64,000 bases of DNA, taken from the NCBI GenBank assembly GCA_028284145.1, contig JANQSH010000050.1:24112-88111 (forward strand). The letters are read 5' to 3'. This document shows, in pieces, positions 44,471-55,354 of this stretch (positions within the stretch are counted from its first letter, which is position 1; every line of letters begins with the position of its first letter). The position numbers and the translations under genes are program-made. Below the pieces are notes generated by a model. It was given only the letters and a program-made list of their open reading frames with translations, did no database searches and was not told the origin of the DNA. The stretch comes from Planctomycetaceae bacterium (GTDB lineage Bacteria; Planctomycetota; Planctomycetia; Planctomycetales; Planctomycetaceae).

Positions 44471-44788
44471 AGTCCGATGGACTTTTATCTGTGGCGGCTT
44501 ACGCCCCATCTGGAACGATAATAGCCGATCGAAAGACGCCACACTTATCCGTTTGCCGCTATAGATCGACGCTCATCCGGCAATTCCTGCCGGACTTTAG
44601 TGAAAAACCGCAGTGTGGGCGATTTTCGCACAAAATCTGCCAGACCGGTCTTGACCCTTTTCGCCCCTTGGTGATATCTACCCCCCTCAATTCTCTCTCA
44701 TCAGACCCATTTTTCCGTTGAATGACATCGGCGGTGAGAATCCATCGCCATTTTCCGACGGGCCATTTTTTGACGTTTTTTGATCGCA

Positions 44789-47700
44789 ATGCGACGACAT
44801 GTTCGTCCGCCAAGCAATACAAACGGAACACAGCCTTCCGAGACAACACCGAGCAGAGTAGTGGCAGGATGCCGCTATTTCCGGCCTCAAGGAGGACCTG
44901 CCTTGCGTAGAGCAATCGGATTTTTTGCCTGCACCACGTTGATCACAGCGGGATTATGGCTGGCGAACATGAGCCAGCCGGCGAAGACCGCATCCGCACA
45001 ATTGGAGACGTCGACATCCAACAACGCGGACTCGTCATCACGCCGTAATGAAGCGGGATTTCTTGGTCGATTTGGCCGCAAAAAGACAGAATCCGCACCA
45101 ACTTCCGCGAATACAGCGCCAAAAAAACCGGGCATCTTCAATCGGATGAAATCCCGGTTCTCTCACAAGAAGGGTGAGTCGACTTTGTCCCGGCGGACCA
45201 CCGTGCGTCAATCTTCACGGCCCATGGTCCGTCAACCACAACGTCCTTCGACCAACTCACCAGCTCTGCCACGTCCTGGTCGGCCGGCGAACACGATCGA
45301 TCCGGAAGAGGCCCAGCGCAAAGCACAGGTGCATGGTCTGCTGGCTTCGGCCCGGAGAGACATGCAGCGAAATGACTACAAGAGCGCCCGCGCCAAAGTG
45401 CTGCAGGCGGGAAAAATTGATGTGGTCTACAGTCTGTTTGAAGAACGCCCCGATCAGGTGTTGCGGGAAATTGAACAGGCTGAGGCGGCCTCCGGGCAGA
45501 TTCAGTTGGCTGGCAATCAGGAAAAGCCCGTTTCTCCCGATTTCGATTTTGGTGATCCGAGTGTTTCGGAGTTGACCATCAACCCGGCCGGAAATGAGCG
45601 ACGCATTGCTCCTTCGGCGCGTCCCACCGCCGAGTCGATGCGGAATGGCGATCGTGCCAAGGTTGCCGAATTGCTGAAGTTCGCCCGTAATGATTTGAAA
45701 AATGGCGACTATGAATCCGCCCGTTCCAGGGCGCTGGAGGCGAAGCAATTCAAGTTGGCTTATCGTCTGGGGGAGGACCGCCCCGAATTTGTGCTGCGGG
45801 ATATTGAAAAGAAGACGAACACAACCATCATCGCCGCACAGAAGAGCAATCCATCGCCGCCGCGTGCATTTCCAGATGAAGCGACCGTGCCGATTCCGGA
45901 GCCGAAACCGGTGCGACAGCCCAATCCTCATCACAAACGTGCGCGTGAATTACTCAAACAGGCACGAGCCGCAATGAGCGATGGAGAATTCCAGTTGGCA
46001 CTTTCCAAGGCTCGCGAAGCTCAACAACTGGAAGTTGTCTATGGGATGTTTGAAGACCAGCCTCCCATCGTTATCAAAGACATCCAGCAGGCGATGGCGA
46101 AACAGCAGCGGCTGGCTTCGGCGAATGGACAGAAAACGAAAAAGGATCAGGCGAAGGACCTTTTGGCCGAAGCCCGGCAACTCCTCAAAGCGGGCAAACC
46201 GCAGGCAGCCCGTCAAAAGGCATTGCAGGCTCAGAAATTGGAACAGCCTTACGACATTTTCGATGATCGTCCCGATCTCGTGCTGGCAGATGTCGATCGT
46301 CTGATCAAATCGCAGGGTGGCAACACAACGCCCTTCAGCTCGAATACGAACAATGCCCGACTTGCGTCCAGGTTGCTCAAAGAGGCTCGGGGTTTTCTTA
46401 AGCAGGGGAATTTGCAGGCCGCGCGACAAAAAGCCCGAGAAGCCGAAGCGCTCGATGCACCTTACGGTATTGTGGATGATCGACCCGATCTTGTCTTCAA
46501 GGAAGTTGATCGCCTCGAAACGGCACAGCGGATTGCTGCCAGTCAGCCACAGGATCATCCCGAGCGGAAACGGAAGGCCGCCCAATTGCTGGCCGAAGCT
46601 CGTCAACTGATCAAAAACGGACAACTCAAACAGGCACAGCAAAAAGCATTTGAGGCGCAGGAACTGGGTGTCGCCTACACACTGCTTGAGGATCGTCCCG
46701 AGATCGTGCTGCAAGAGGTCTCCAGGGCGATCGAAGCGCAACAGAAAATCGCCGCCGGTGATCGACATCAACAGAATAAGCAGGCTGCGGCAAAACTGGT
46801 TGCCGAGGCACGTGCTGACATGGCCCGACGCAACTACGAAAGCGCCCGCGCCAAGGCTCAGGAAGCACAAAAATATGTTGTGGCCTACGGTTTGAAAGAA
46901 GACCGTCCCGACATCGTACTGCGGGATCTCGCTCGGATCACCGGGCCGCCAGTCATTACTGGAGATCACAATGAACGCAAACGGCAGGCCGTGGAATTGT
47001 TGAAACTGGCCCGCGAAGATATGGAGAATCACCAGTTCGATGGCGCTCGGGAAAAATTGCGACGTGCACAAAGGCTCGACGTTGCCTACACGCTCCTGGA
47101 AGATCGCCCCGAACGGTTAATGGATGAACTCCGCACGCGAGAAATGGAAGCCTCGTTTGCCGGCCATCCAGCCAACCGACAGGAAAACTACAGCAAGGCG
47201 ATGCAGTTGTTGTCTGAGGCGAAACAGGCTTTGGCGGCCGGTCGTTTTGACGATGCCCGTCGACGTGTACAGAAAGCCGAAAAAATGCACGTCGCCTACA
47301 ACATTCTTGACGAGCGTCCCTCCACCGTACTCCAGGAGATTGACGAAACGGAGCGGAAATACCTGAATGAGGTCCTTGCACGCAACGGAGGCATGACGAA
47401 AAAGCAGCGGGCAGAGACATTGTTGCGATCTGCACAGGTCGATATGGATGCTGGAAAACTGGCTGATGCCCGTCGCAAAATCCTTGAAGCGAAAGCCCTC
47501 GATGTCCCTTACAAATTGGGCGAAATGCGGCCGGATCAGTTGCTGGCGAACATCGATCAACTGCAACACAACGTCGAGACATTGAGCCTGGCAAATCGGA
47601 ACAACAAGCTGAAGCGGGCAAAGTTTCTGCTTCAGCAGGCGGAAGCGGCGATTGTCCAGCAGAACTTTGAAAAGGCAACACGACTGGCTCAGGAAGCCCA

Positions 47701-50700
47701 GGCTTTGAATGCCCCTTATGGTCTCTTCGATACCCAGCCGAAACAGATTATCGAGAGGATTGCCGTTGCGCGTGGTCAGGCGATTGCCGACAGTACCAAC
47801 ACCGGAAACAAACAACGGGCGATGAAACTGCTTGAGGAAGCACGACTTGCTCTGCAGCAGGGAAATCTGCCGCTGGCACGGGCCAAAGCACAGGAAGCCC
47901 GGCAGATCCGCGCGACGTACGATTTGTGGGACGACCGACCAGAACTTGTACTGGCCGATGTCGAACGACTCGATGCCGCGAACATCGCAAAAGGGCCTTC
48001 GCAGGACGAACTCAACAAACAGAAAGCACAGCAACTGTTAGCATTGGCCCGGCTCGACATCGAAGCAGGTCGGTACGAAGATGCCCGCCAGAAAGCCCTG
48101 GAAGTTTCCAAGATGGGGCTTCAATTTGGCATGTTTGATGACCGTCCCGAACTTGTGTTGGCTGACATTGACCGAATTCTGCGAGACAAACCGGAAGAAG
48201 TTATCGCCCGGAACAATCCACAGCAACAACCCACAGGCAACAATTCGGGGATTCCCGTTGCTGAAGTGACCGAGCCGGCCAATCAATTGCCGGTTGTTAC
48301 GCCATCGGGCAACTCGGCATTGCAATTGTACAATCGTGGCATGCAGCACCTGCAGAATGGCGAATATGAAGAGGCGTATGAAGCGTTTCTGGCGGCGCAT
48401 CAGTCGGGCGAAGGATTGGATCCGTACCGTCAGCAACGATTGCAGGACTACATTCGTGATCTTTCGCGTCGCTATGAAGGCACGCGAATTGCCCGTAATA
48501 CACGCGAACCTTATGATCAGCGCTCTCCATTGGAGAAAGTCACCGAAAAAGAACAGGTGGAATACCAGCGACTGCGAACGGAAGTGTATGACGCAGTCTT
48601 CCGTGCCGAGAAAAAGAAAAACAAAAAGCAGGTGGATGAAGCACTGGCTTTGATCGACGAAGCTCAGGTCGCATTGAATGCCTCGGAACTGAACCAAAAG
48701 ACGCTCGCCCCACTTGTGAATCAACTCAATCGTTCGCGCGATTCGATCAACAATTACCGCGTGAAGTTTGAGCCGCTGATTGCTCAGGCAAAACGGAATG
48801 AAGAGATCAAAGATGCCATCCGACGTGACACCAAAACCCGTGTACGGGTTGAGCAGGAATATGCCCAGCTGGTGGAGCAATTCAACGAGTTCATGAAGCA
48901 GCGTCGTTATGCCGATGCCGAGGTGCTGGCCAAGCAGGCTCGCGATCTCGATCCGGATAATCCGGTCAACGAGACGATGCTTTGGAAATCGCGATTTGCC
49001 TACCGCATTGCTCGTAACGAAGAACTCAAGGATACACAGGAAGGGAACCGCTGGCGTATTCACGAAGATATGTTCGAGGCGATTGCCACCATCACACCGG
49101 ATGAAATTACCTACCCCAGGAACTGGGATGAATTGACCGAGCGGCGGGCCAAATACGGACGCCCCGACAATCGTACGCTTTCACCCGAAGAAGAACGGAT
49201 CGAATCGAGCCTTGTGAAGCAGGTCTCGCTCGCGTTTGATGACAAACCGCTCAATGAAGTCATCAAGGATGTGGCTGCGAAGGCCGACATCAACGTCGTG
49301 CTTGATATTCAAGGCCTTGAAGAAGAGGGGATCACCTCTCAGCAGCCGGTTTCGATCAACGTGAATGGCATTCAGCTCAAGAGCGCTTTGAACCTGATTC
49401 TGGAGCCGTTGAATCTTGGCTACATGGTCGACAACGAAGTCCTCAAGGTGACCAGCCGGATTCGGCAGCAGGGAAATCTGGAAGTTCGCAATTACTCCGT
49501 TGCTGACCTCGTTGTGCCGATTCAGAATTTCGGTGGTAACCTCAACGGCGTGGGTGGCGTGCAGAATTCCGGCCCGCAACCCGCATTTGGTGTGGGTAAC
49601 AATGGACAACTCAATGCCGGTCTGGGTGGCCTGCAGGGTCAGGGCATGGCACAGGTACACGATCCGCTGAATGGAGCGTTGCCCGCATTTGGTGGCGGGC
49701 CGCAACCACAGGTTGAACTGGGTGGTGGCGGATCATCGCTCGATTTCCAGGCCTTGATGGACTTGATCATCTCGACGGTTGAACCCGATTCGTGGGATAA
49801 CATCGGCGGTGGCGGGACGATCAAGAGTTTTCCAACTACATTGAGCCTGGTTGTGCGTCAGACGCAGCAGGTTCACGACGAAATTTCAGAACTGCTGGCT
49901 CAGTTGCGGCGTCTGCAGGATTTACAGGTGACGATCGAAGTTCGCTTTGTCACTGTGACCGACCGGTTCTTCGAGCGGATTGGTGTCGACTTTGACTTCA
50001 ACGTACAGGATAACCTGCCGAATGATGACCAGGGGCTGCCGGAATTCGGTAGCCCAGGTGGTGGTGCCCAGGGAGCTCCATTCGATGCCCCACAAGCCGT
50101 GAACCGTCCCGCACTGGACAGCTTTCCACGCAACGGAAGCATCGTGGGGCTGAGTAATTCGACAACGTTTACTCCGGACAATGACATCGCGTTTCGGCAG
50201 GGCTCGTTTGACATTGGCGTGCCGGACTTCGGGAACTTCAACCCCGATGCCGGTATTCAGGTCGGAATGGCCATTTTGAGTGACATCGAAGCTTTCTTCT
50301 TCATTCAGGCGGCTCAGGGTGATGAGCGTAGTAACATCATGTTTGCTCCAAAGGTCACGCTGTTTAACGGGCAGACAGCCAACGTCGTCAGTAGTGTGCA
50401 GCGTCCGTTTGTGACCAGTCTGACACCGACTGTTGGTATCTTCTCCGTCGGCTTTACGCCCACCATTACGGTTTTGAATGAAGGCGTTCAGATGCAGGTG
50501 CAAGCGGTGATTTCCGCCGATCGGCGATACGTCCGTCTGACCGTCATCCCACAATTCAGCAACATCACCGACGTCTTTACCTTCTCCTTTCAGCAAGGTG
50601 GCGGGGGTGGTGGTGCCGGGGGGGGTGGCGCTGGCGGCGGTGGTATTGGCGGCGGTGGTATTGGTGGTCTTGGCGGTGGCGGCCTGGGTGGTATCGGTGG

Positions 50701-51169
50701 CCTGGGCGGAGGCGGCCTGGCTGGTCTCGGCGGTGGGCTGGCTGGATTCCCCGGTGGTCTTGGCGGCCTGGGCGGTGGTGCAGGTGGCTTCTTCAGCGTC
50801 GATGACAATATCAACCCACAGTTTGGTTTCGGTGGAATCGGCGGGGGTGCTGCCGGAGGCGCGGGTGGTGCTGGAGGCGGCAATGCTGCGGCCAATGTGA
50901 CCATTCAGCAACCAGTCTTTGAGACTGTCAACGTGACAACCACAGTTTCGGTTCCCGATGGCGGTACAGTGATGCTTGCCGGTGTAAAACGTCTGCGAGA
51001 AGGTCGTAACATGGCAGGCGTACCGATATTGAATAAGTTGCCGTATATCAGCCGACTGTTCAAGAATACGGGTGTCGGTCGAGAGACGGAAAGTCTTATT
51101 CTGCTGGTGACACCCCGGATCATTATTCAGGAGGAAGAGGAAGAACTCCTCGGCATTCCACAGGGATAA
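44789..51169 (+). CDS. Giant secretin-family outer-membrane channel protein (N-terminal TM/signal anchor, 13 helical repeats, TPR-like/coiled segment, STN/N0-like domain, secretin domain with poly-Gly insertion)
   Basis: First ATG at 44789 (MRRHVRPP...); the tracked ORF starts at a TTG at 44780. The hydrophobic anchor is [20 protein letters not shown]. The STN/N0-like segment is [28 protein letters not shown]...[27 protein letters not shown]. The secretin domain is [26 protein letters not shown] ... [16 protein letters not shown]...[36 protein letters not shown]. Confidence 0.85.
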   Translation: MRRHVRPPSNTNGTQPSETTPSRVVAGCRYFRPQGGPALRRAIGFFACTTLITAGLWLANMSQPAKTASAQLETSTSNNADSSSRRNEAGFLGRFGRKKTESAPTSANTAPKKPGIFNRMKSRFSHKKGESTLSRRTTVRQSSRPMVRQPQRPSTNSPALPRPGRPANTIDPEEAQRKAQVHGLLASARRDMQRNDYKSARAKVLQAGKIDVVYSLFEERPDQVLREIEQAEAASGQIQLAGNQEKPVSPDFDFGDPSVSELTINPAGNERRIAPSARPTAESMRNGDRAKVAELLKFARNDLKNGDYESARSRALEAKQFKLAYRLGEDRPEFVLRDIEKKTNTTIIAAQKSNPSPPRAFPDEATVPIPEPKPVRQPNPHHKRARELLKQARAAMSDGEFQLALSKAREAQQLEVVYGMFEDQPPIVIKDIQQAMAKQQRLASANGQKTKKDQAKDLLAEARQLLKAGKPQAARQKALQAQKLEQPYDIFDDRPDLVLADVDRLIKSQGGNTTPFSSNTNNARLASRLLKEARGFLKQGNLQAARQKAREAEALDAPYGIVDDRPDLVFKEVDRLETAQRIAASQPQDHPERKRKAAQLLAEARQLIKNGQLKQAQQKAFEAQELGVAYTLLEDRPEIVLQEVSRAIEAQQKIAAGDRHQQNKQAAAKLVAEARADMARRNYESARAKAQEAQKYVVAYGLKEDRPDIVLRDLARITGPPVITGDHNERKRQAVELLKLAREDMENHQFDGAREKLRRAQRLDVAYTLLEDRPERLMDELRTREMEASFAGHPANRQENYSKAMQLLSEAKQALAAGRFDDARRRVQKAEKMHVAYNILDERPSTVLQEIDETERKYLNEVLARNGGMTKKQRAETLLRSAQVDMDAGKLADARRKILEAKALDVPYKLGEMRPDQLLANIDQLQHNVETLSLANRNNKLKRAKFLLQQAEAAIVQQNFEKATRLAQEAQALNAPYGLFDTQPKQIIERIAVARGQAIADSTNTGNKQRAMKLLEEARLALQQGNLPLARAKAQEARQIRATYDLWDDRPELVLADVERLDAANIAKGPSQDELNKQKAQQLLALARLDIEAGRYEDARQKALEVSKMGLQFGMFDDRPELVLADIDRILRDKPEEVIARNNPQQQPTGNNSGIPVAEVTEPANQLPVVTPSGNSALQLYNRGMQHLQNGEYEEAYEAFLAAHQSGEGLDPYRQQRLQDYIRDLSRRYEGTRIARNTREPYDQRSPLEKVTEKEQVEYQRLRTEVYDAVFRAEKKKNKKQVDEALALIDEAQVALNASELNQKTLAPLVNQLNRSRDSINNYRVKFEPLIAQAKRNEEIKDAIRRDTKTRVRVEQEYAQLVEQFNEFMKQRRYADAEVLAKQARDLDPDNPVNETMLWKSRFAYRIARNEELKDTQEGNRWRIHEDMFEAIATITPDEITYPRNWDELTERRAKYGRPDNRTLSPEEERIESSLVKQVSLAFDDKPLNEVIKDVAAKADINVVLDIQGLEEEGITSQQPVSINVNGIQLKSALNLILEPLNLGYMVDNEVLKVTSRIRQQGNLEVRNYSVADLVVPIQNFGGNLNGVGGVQNSGPQPAFGVGNNGQLNAGLGGLQGQGMAQVHDPLNGALPAFGGGPQPQVELGGGGSSLDFQALMDLIISTVEPDSWDNIGGGGTIKSFPTTLSLVVRQTQQVHDEISELLAQLRRLQDLQVTIEVRFVTVTDRFFERIGVDFDFNVQDNLPNDDQGLPEFGSPGGGAQGAPFDAPQAVNRPALDSFPRNGSIVGLSNSTTFTPDNDIAFRQGSFDIGVPDFGNFNPDAGIQVGMAILSDIEAFFFIQAAQGDERSNIMFAPKVTLFNGQTANVVSSVQRPFVTSLTPTVGIFSVGFTPTITVLNEGVQMQVQAVISADRRYVRLTVIPQFSNITDVFTFSFQQGGGGGGAGGGGAGGGGIGGGGIGGLGGGGLGGIGGLGGGGLAGLGGGLAGFPGGLGGLGGGAGGFFSVDDNINPQFGFGGIGGGAAGGAGGAGGGNAAANVTIQQPVFETVNVTTTVSVPDGGTVMLAGVKRLREGRNMAGVPILNKLPYISRLFKNTGVGRETESLILLVTPRIIIQEEEEELLGIPQG
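45305..48190 (+). repeat. Thirteen tandem ~65-75-aa protein-coding repeats inside the secretin gene
   Basis: The repeat pattern, read by eye, is [KR]A..LL..AR..[LM]..G.[YFL]..AR.KA.EA..L.V.Y.[LI].[ED]DRP..VL.[DE][IV]. Examples are [49 protein letters not shown] and [49 protein letters not shown]. Confidence 0.85.
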
Positions 51170-51208
51170 AGTGTCCAGACAGCATCGACTTGTGATGACA
51201 AAAGAACG

Positions 51209-51240
51209 AAGCCGGCTGTACTCGTGGCCGGCTTTGTTTG
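51209..51240. terminator. Bidirectional intrinsic terminator between convergent secretin and GH57 genes
   Basis: AAGCCGGC (51209-51216), a 10-nt loop, then GCCGGCTT (51227-51234), followed by TTTGTTTG on the plus strand. On the minus strand the same stem is followed by CGTTCTTTTG. Confidence 0.6.
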
Positions 51241-51277
51241 ATTGAATGTTGCTCGACGTCTTCCGAGGGGTGGCCAT

Positions 51278-53464
51278 TCAAACCGTCGTTGCAGCCGCGA
51301 GTTGCCGAGCCGCCGCAGCGGATGTGTCGATACCCATTCGAATGGTCACAGACCAGCGGCCACCTTCCGGCAGCGTGATGTGCCAGTGTGGAACGACCGC
51401 ACAACTTTGGTGAACCAGTTCAAACCCGCCTTCCGACTGGCTGATCGTCTCGATTGGCAGCGTCCAAATGTCCGCTGGCTGCGAAATTTCCAGCGATACG
51501 TCCAGGCCCAGCCATTCATCCACCAGACCAATGCGGCTGGTCTCGGAAAGCTCCTGCACGGTTTCCAACTGCCCAATCTGCTCGCCATTTCCATTGTAGT
51601 AATAACGGTCGGATTGCCCGGCTGCCATGCCAGCGAAATTGAATTCGATCCCAAAGTGCACCGGAATCTTCGCGGGCAGGTTGTCCAGTTCATAGGTGAT
51701 CTCCAGATTCGATCCCTGCTCGGCGGCAAGATGAATCCGCTTCTGTACGGAGATATCATAGGGCCCGAGTTGACCGTTCCGTTTCAGTTGCAGTTCGACA
51801 AAATCGGCAGCCCGGCGAATCGCTGGCTCATACACGCCGTTGACGAAGTCGGACAGTTCACCTTCGCCTCGCTTGAATTCCTCGACCGTTAATCTGGGCC
51901 GCAGGAAGTGGTCGACCAAAGATTTCCGCATCCAGTTGTCGTAGACAATTTTCCTGTCGAGATCGGGTTGCTTGAACCGGACCATGTCATGAATGCTGAC
52001 TGTGCTGTCACTGTCGTGATGATCATGCTGCTTGTCAGCCGCATTGCGAATGGTTTCATGGTACGGCTCTGGTCGGCGGTTCAATGTCGCCAGCAGATTG
52101 TGTTGCGTGTCGCGGATATCGAGTTCGTAAAGGTGTCCACCACGACTGGGGGATGTGTAAGCCACCAGTCGACCGTTCGAGAGGCGAATCTCCTGCCGGG
52201 CGTCGCGATTGTAATCGGCTACATCAATGGCAACCCATCCCGACTCACGCCTGGCACATTTTTCCAGCAGGTTATCCGCAGCAATCAGGCTTTTGTAAAC
52301 CGCATTCCGCAAGTGCGGCAGATACAGCCCGCCAAATGCGCCATGCCAGTACGAGCAGTTACATTGCGCCCGATAGAGTTCGGTTTTCGCTGCTGCGAGA
52401 ATATCACGGTGTTCACTGGCGTCTGTCTCCTGCGAGAGTGCCTCCAGTCGATCACTGACTTCGAGCATGCGACAGTACATGTCGTTGCTCTCTTCGTACT
52501 TGACGCGGAAATTCCGCCAGAAACCACCTTTGATGTACGACTTCAAGACGTGCCAGTCCGCATCATGTTTGTGTGTCTCGGTCAGATTGTGCAATTCCCG
52601 CTGGCGATCAGTCGGCAAGGCCCACTCGGTCATTTCGCGATAGCTGGAATCAGCAATGTAACATTTGTCTTTGGGGGATGTATGATCGACCGCTTCCCCC
52701 GGCGTGGTGACTTTCAACCATTCGCGATTCGCCATCAGTGAATCGAGAAACATTCTCAGCCAGCCATCGCGGTAGACATGGTCTTTCGTGCCGGGCCAGG
52801 TGCCGAATTTTTCACCGTCATCGCCAAAGGTGATCACCGCATTGGGATTGGCTTCGTAAATGCCACGCAGATAGTTGATCGTTTCCTGCGGATCGGCAAA
52901 TGGAATGGTGTATCGGAGCGGTTCGCTGCCCGGGAAGATTTTGAGCAAACGGCCTTCATCTTCAGTCAGGTAATAGCCGTTCAACTGATCGTCGCGATAA
53001 CCGGCTGACCGAAAATGGAAATCGTCCAGTACAGTGTACTCGATGCCTCCCTGGACAATATCGGAGGTGAAGGACTGCTCCCAGACACGTTCCGGCACCC
53101 ACATGCCACGGATGTCGGTCCCGAACAGTTTCCTAAGATAGCGGGAATACTCGCGGATTTGACCGATACGATCCCGCCCGGGAATGCAGGCGAGAATCGG
53201 TTCAAAAAACGGCCCGCCAATGATCTCGATTTGCCCGCGCTCGACCATTGCTCGCACGCGATCGATGTATTCCGGATGCGCATCGACCAGCCATTCCATC
53301 AACGAACCGGAAGTATGCAGGGCGATGGGAATTTCGGGATAATCCCCCAGGATATTCAGAAATGGTTCATAGCTGTCTTTGTAGGCTTCCTCAAAAACGC
53401 CTTCAAAGTTACCAATGGGCTGATGATTGTGAATGGCGAGAACAAGCCTGATCTGGCTGTTCAT
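51278..53464 (-). CDS. Glycoside hydrolase family 57 protein (alpha-amylase / 4-alpha-glucanotransferase-like)
   Basis: The internal ATG at 53464 gives MNSQIRLVLAIHNHQPIGNFEGVFEEAYKDSYEPFLNILGDYPEIPIALHTSGSLMEWL...IEIIGGPFFEPIL...GMWVPERVWEQ, the typical GH57 N-terminal catalytic barrel with HNHQP and WxPERVW motifs. Confidence 0.88.
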   Translation of the reverse strand: MNSQIRLVLAIHNHQPIGNFEGVFEEAYKDSYEPFLNILGDYPEIPIALHTSGSLMEWLVDAHPEYIDRVRAMVERGQIEIIGGPFFEPILACIPGRDRIGQIREYSRYLRKLFGTDIRGMWVPERVWEQSFTSDIVQGGIEYTVLDDFHFRSAGYRDDQLNGYYLTEDEGRLLKIFPGSEPLRYTIPFADPQETINYLRGIYEANPNAVITFGDDGEKFGTWPGTKDHVYRDGWLRMFLDSLMANREWLKVTTPGEAVDHTSPKDKCYIADSSYREMTEWALPTDRQRELHNLTETHKHDADWHVLKSYIKGGFWRNFRVKYEESNDMYCRMLEVSDRLEALSQETDASEHRDILAAAKTELYRAQCNCSYWHGAFGGLYLPHLRNAVYKSLIAADNLLEKCARRESGWVAIDVADYNRDARQEIRLSNGRLVAYTSPSRGGHLYELDIRDTQHNLLATLNRRPEPYHETIRNAADKQHDHHDSDSTVSIHDMVRFKQPDLDRKIVYDNWMRKSLVDHFLRPRLTVEEFKRGEGELSDFVNGVYEPAIRRAADFVELQLKRNGQLGPYDISVQKRIHLAAEQGSNLEITYELDNLPAKIPVHFGIEFNFAGMAAGQSDRYYYNGNGEQIGQLETVQELSETSRIGLVDEWLGLDVSLEISQPADIWTLPIETISQSEGGFELVHQSCAVVPHWHITLPEGGRWSVTIRMGIDTSAAAARQLAAATTV

Positions 53465-53526
53465 GGAGAGCTCCCCTTTTTCCCTGATTACAAATATGGC
53501 CCGCACAAATCGGCGATGCGAGGCTG

Positions 53527-53612
53527 GAGCGTATTATGCTCTTCTCTTCTGTGCCGCGATGGGCGTCGTTTGGCCTGCAAACATAGTTTCCCACGAGCCA
53601 GAGATGTCACAC
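53527..53612 (+). repeat. Intergenic repeat family, copy d (hairpin-first orientation)
   Basis: GAGCGTATTATGCTC, then TTCTCTTCTGTGCCGCGATGGGCGTCGTTTGGCCTGCAAACATAGTTTCCCACGAGCCAGAGATGTCACACC. It lies upstream of the GH57 start. Confidence 0.85.
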
Positions 53613-53963
53613 CAAAAAGTAAACGGCTCTGATTATCCTGGCCCCGTACGCTGAGCGCACGTGTTGTGTTGAGTTTGGATTTGACAATTGTTGAATCGGT
53701 TAAGGCGATGTCCTGACAAATGTCTTTTTCCAAAAAAACCGGGAGGTTTTAACGATCTTTCCGTTATCACCTGTGTGACGTGGGGATGTAGGTAAGATCG
53801 CAAATCCCCAGAGGTGATTACTCTCACAATTCGGTCGGTGCAAACCGGCGATCTCTGCCGAAAGCAATCGCGAATTTAGCGACCGGACAACCTGCTCACA
53901 AGCCCGGTGTCTCGTTTGAGGTGGAAAACATCAATGGAGATTTGTTCGGCAATTCGACACTGG

Positions 53964-55304
53964 TCAGGTGGTGGTTATTACGGGTTGCCGATCTGATGGC
54001 GGGAGGATTTCGCCCATTGCATCGAAGATTTCCCCCACACCTTCGCGGAAGACATCCCCCACCAGCAAGTCGACAAGATTGCTGCGGTATTGCGGGTGTT
54101 CCTTGAGGAACATGCCGAAGCTGAAGCCGGGCGTGTAGAACGCGTAGACGAGTTTGCGGAACATCTCCAGGCCTTCGATATACTTTGGCTGCCAGACGGA
54201 GAGTTCCTCGGTCGAGAAATTATTTGCCTGCAGCGCGTCGTGGATCGCGTCGGCAGCGAGTTCTCCTGACTTCAACGCCAAAAAAACACCGGATGAATAA
54301 ACCGGATCGATAAACCCGAACGCGTCTCCGATGAGCATCCAGCCTGGTCCCGCGGCTTTCTGCGACCGGTAAGAAAAGTCGCGAGTGGTGAGATAGTCCG
54401 CCACTCGTTCAGACGGTGCAAGACGGTCCTGCATGGCGGGACAGCGGGACAATTCGCGCTGGAAAATCTCCTCAGGCGTGCCACGATCGTTGCCGAACAT
54501 GTACTGCATGCTTCCGGTACAGCCAACGCTCACGACATCATCCGGTAGTGGAATGTACCAGAACCACGACTGCTTCCCTTCGGTTTGCATGATGATCGTG
54601 GCTCCTTCATCCCGACCTTCATCGCGCACCGCCTCTTTGAAGTAGGACCAGACCGTTCCCTTCTGCAAACGTTCGTCCGGCTTTTTCAAGCCCAACCGTG
54701 TCGCCAGAAAAGCCGACTGGCCGGTCGCATCGACGATGATCTTCGCCGTGATCTCCCTGGTCTCCTTCTCGCCTGCGGAATTCACGAGTTGCACTTTGAC
54801 GCTGGTTGCCCGACCTTTTGGTTCGCCCGTTTCGGGACAAAGTGGGGCATCATCGAAAATCACATCCAGCACGCGGGCGCTGGTGTGACAGGTCGCCCCC
54901 TTGTCTTTCGCGTTATCCAACATCATCTGGTCGAAATCCGATCGAACAATCTGCCAGGTTTGCGAACTTTCGTGCGGATTGTGATCGTCGAAATAGAATG
55001 GTGCCGAAACCTTCGTCCCATCGGAAACAAATTGCACGCTGAACTTTTTGGGAAATGCGCTTTGTTTGAGGCGATCCAGCAATCCGAGCCGTTCGAGTGT
55101 CCAATATGTTTCGGGGATCAGCGATTCACCAATGTGAAAACGGGGGAATGGTGCTCGTTCCAAAACCAGAACATCGTGTCCCTGTTCAGCCGTCAGAGCG
55201 GCGACGGTCGAACCAGCCGGGCCTCCACCAATCACGATCACGTCGTACTGGCTGTTCAATTCCGGTTGGGCTTCCGCATTGGGTGTAGGATTGACCTGAA
55301 TCAT
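53964..55304 (-). CDS. FAD-dependent oxidoreductase (flavin-dependent halogenase / geranylgeranyl-reductase-like family)
   Basis: 446 aa. YDVIVIGGGPAGSTVAALTAEQGHDVLVLER is the GxGxxG dinucleotide fold. FPRFHIGESLIP and LIGDAFGFIDPVYSSGVFLAL (GD motif) are typical of this family. Confidence 0.8.
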   Translation of the reverse strand: MIQVNPTPNAEAQPELNSQYDVIVIGGGPAGSTVAALTAEQGHDVLVLERAPFPRFHIGESLIPETYWTLERLGLLDRLKQSAFPKKFSVQFVSDGTKVSAPFYFDDHNPHESSQTWQIVRSDFDQMMLDNAKDKGATCHTSARVLDVIFDDAPLCPETGEPKGRATSVKVQLVNSAGEKETREITAKIIVDATGQSAFLATRLGLKKPDERLQKGTVWSYFKEAVRDEGRDEGATIIMQTEGKQSWFWYIPLPDDVVSVGCTGSMQYMFGNDRGTPEEIFQRELSRCPAMQDRLAPSERVADYLTTRDFSYRSQKAAGPGWMLIGDAFGFIDPVYSSGVFLALKSGELAADAIHDALQANNFSTEELSVWQPKYIEGLEMFRKLVYAFYTPGFSFGMFLKEHPQYRSNLVDLLVGDVFREGVGEIFDAMGEILPPSDRQPVITTT

Positions 55305-55354
55305 GGCTTTGTCGTTTTTTGAAGTTGAGTTGGCGAATTCACTCGGAAAGTTGG

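Noticed and set aside
45305-48190. Regularly spaced repeats checked as a possible CRISPR array
   Set aside because: The repeats are ~200 nt, diverged at the DNA level, lie in one continuous reading frame and are conserved only at the protein level. No short identical direct repeats with unique spacers occur anywhere in the window.
50590-50904. Poly-Pro/Ala 104-aa minus ORF and a 100-aa plus out-of-frame ORF
   Set aside because: These are mirror and alternate frames of the GGN-rich poly-Gly insertion of the secretin, a compositional artefact.
45950-51277. Chain of long minus-strand ORFs (45950-47071, 47117-48034, 48038-49063, 49922-51277)
   Set aside because: They are antisense to the secretin gene. 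Their length results from codon bias in the repeat-rich sense frame. The sense frame has a continuous 2,129-codon ORF with recognisable STN and secretin domains.
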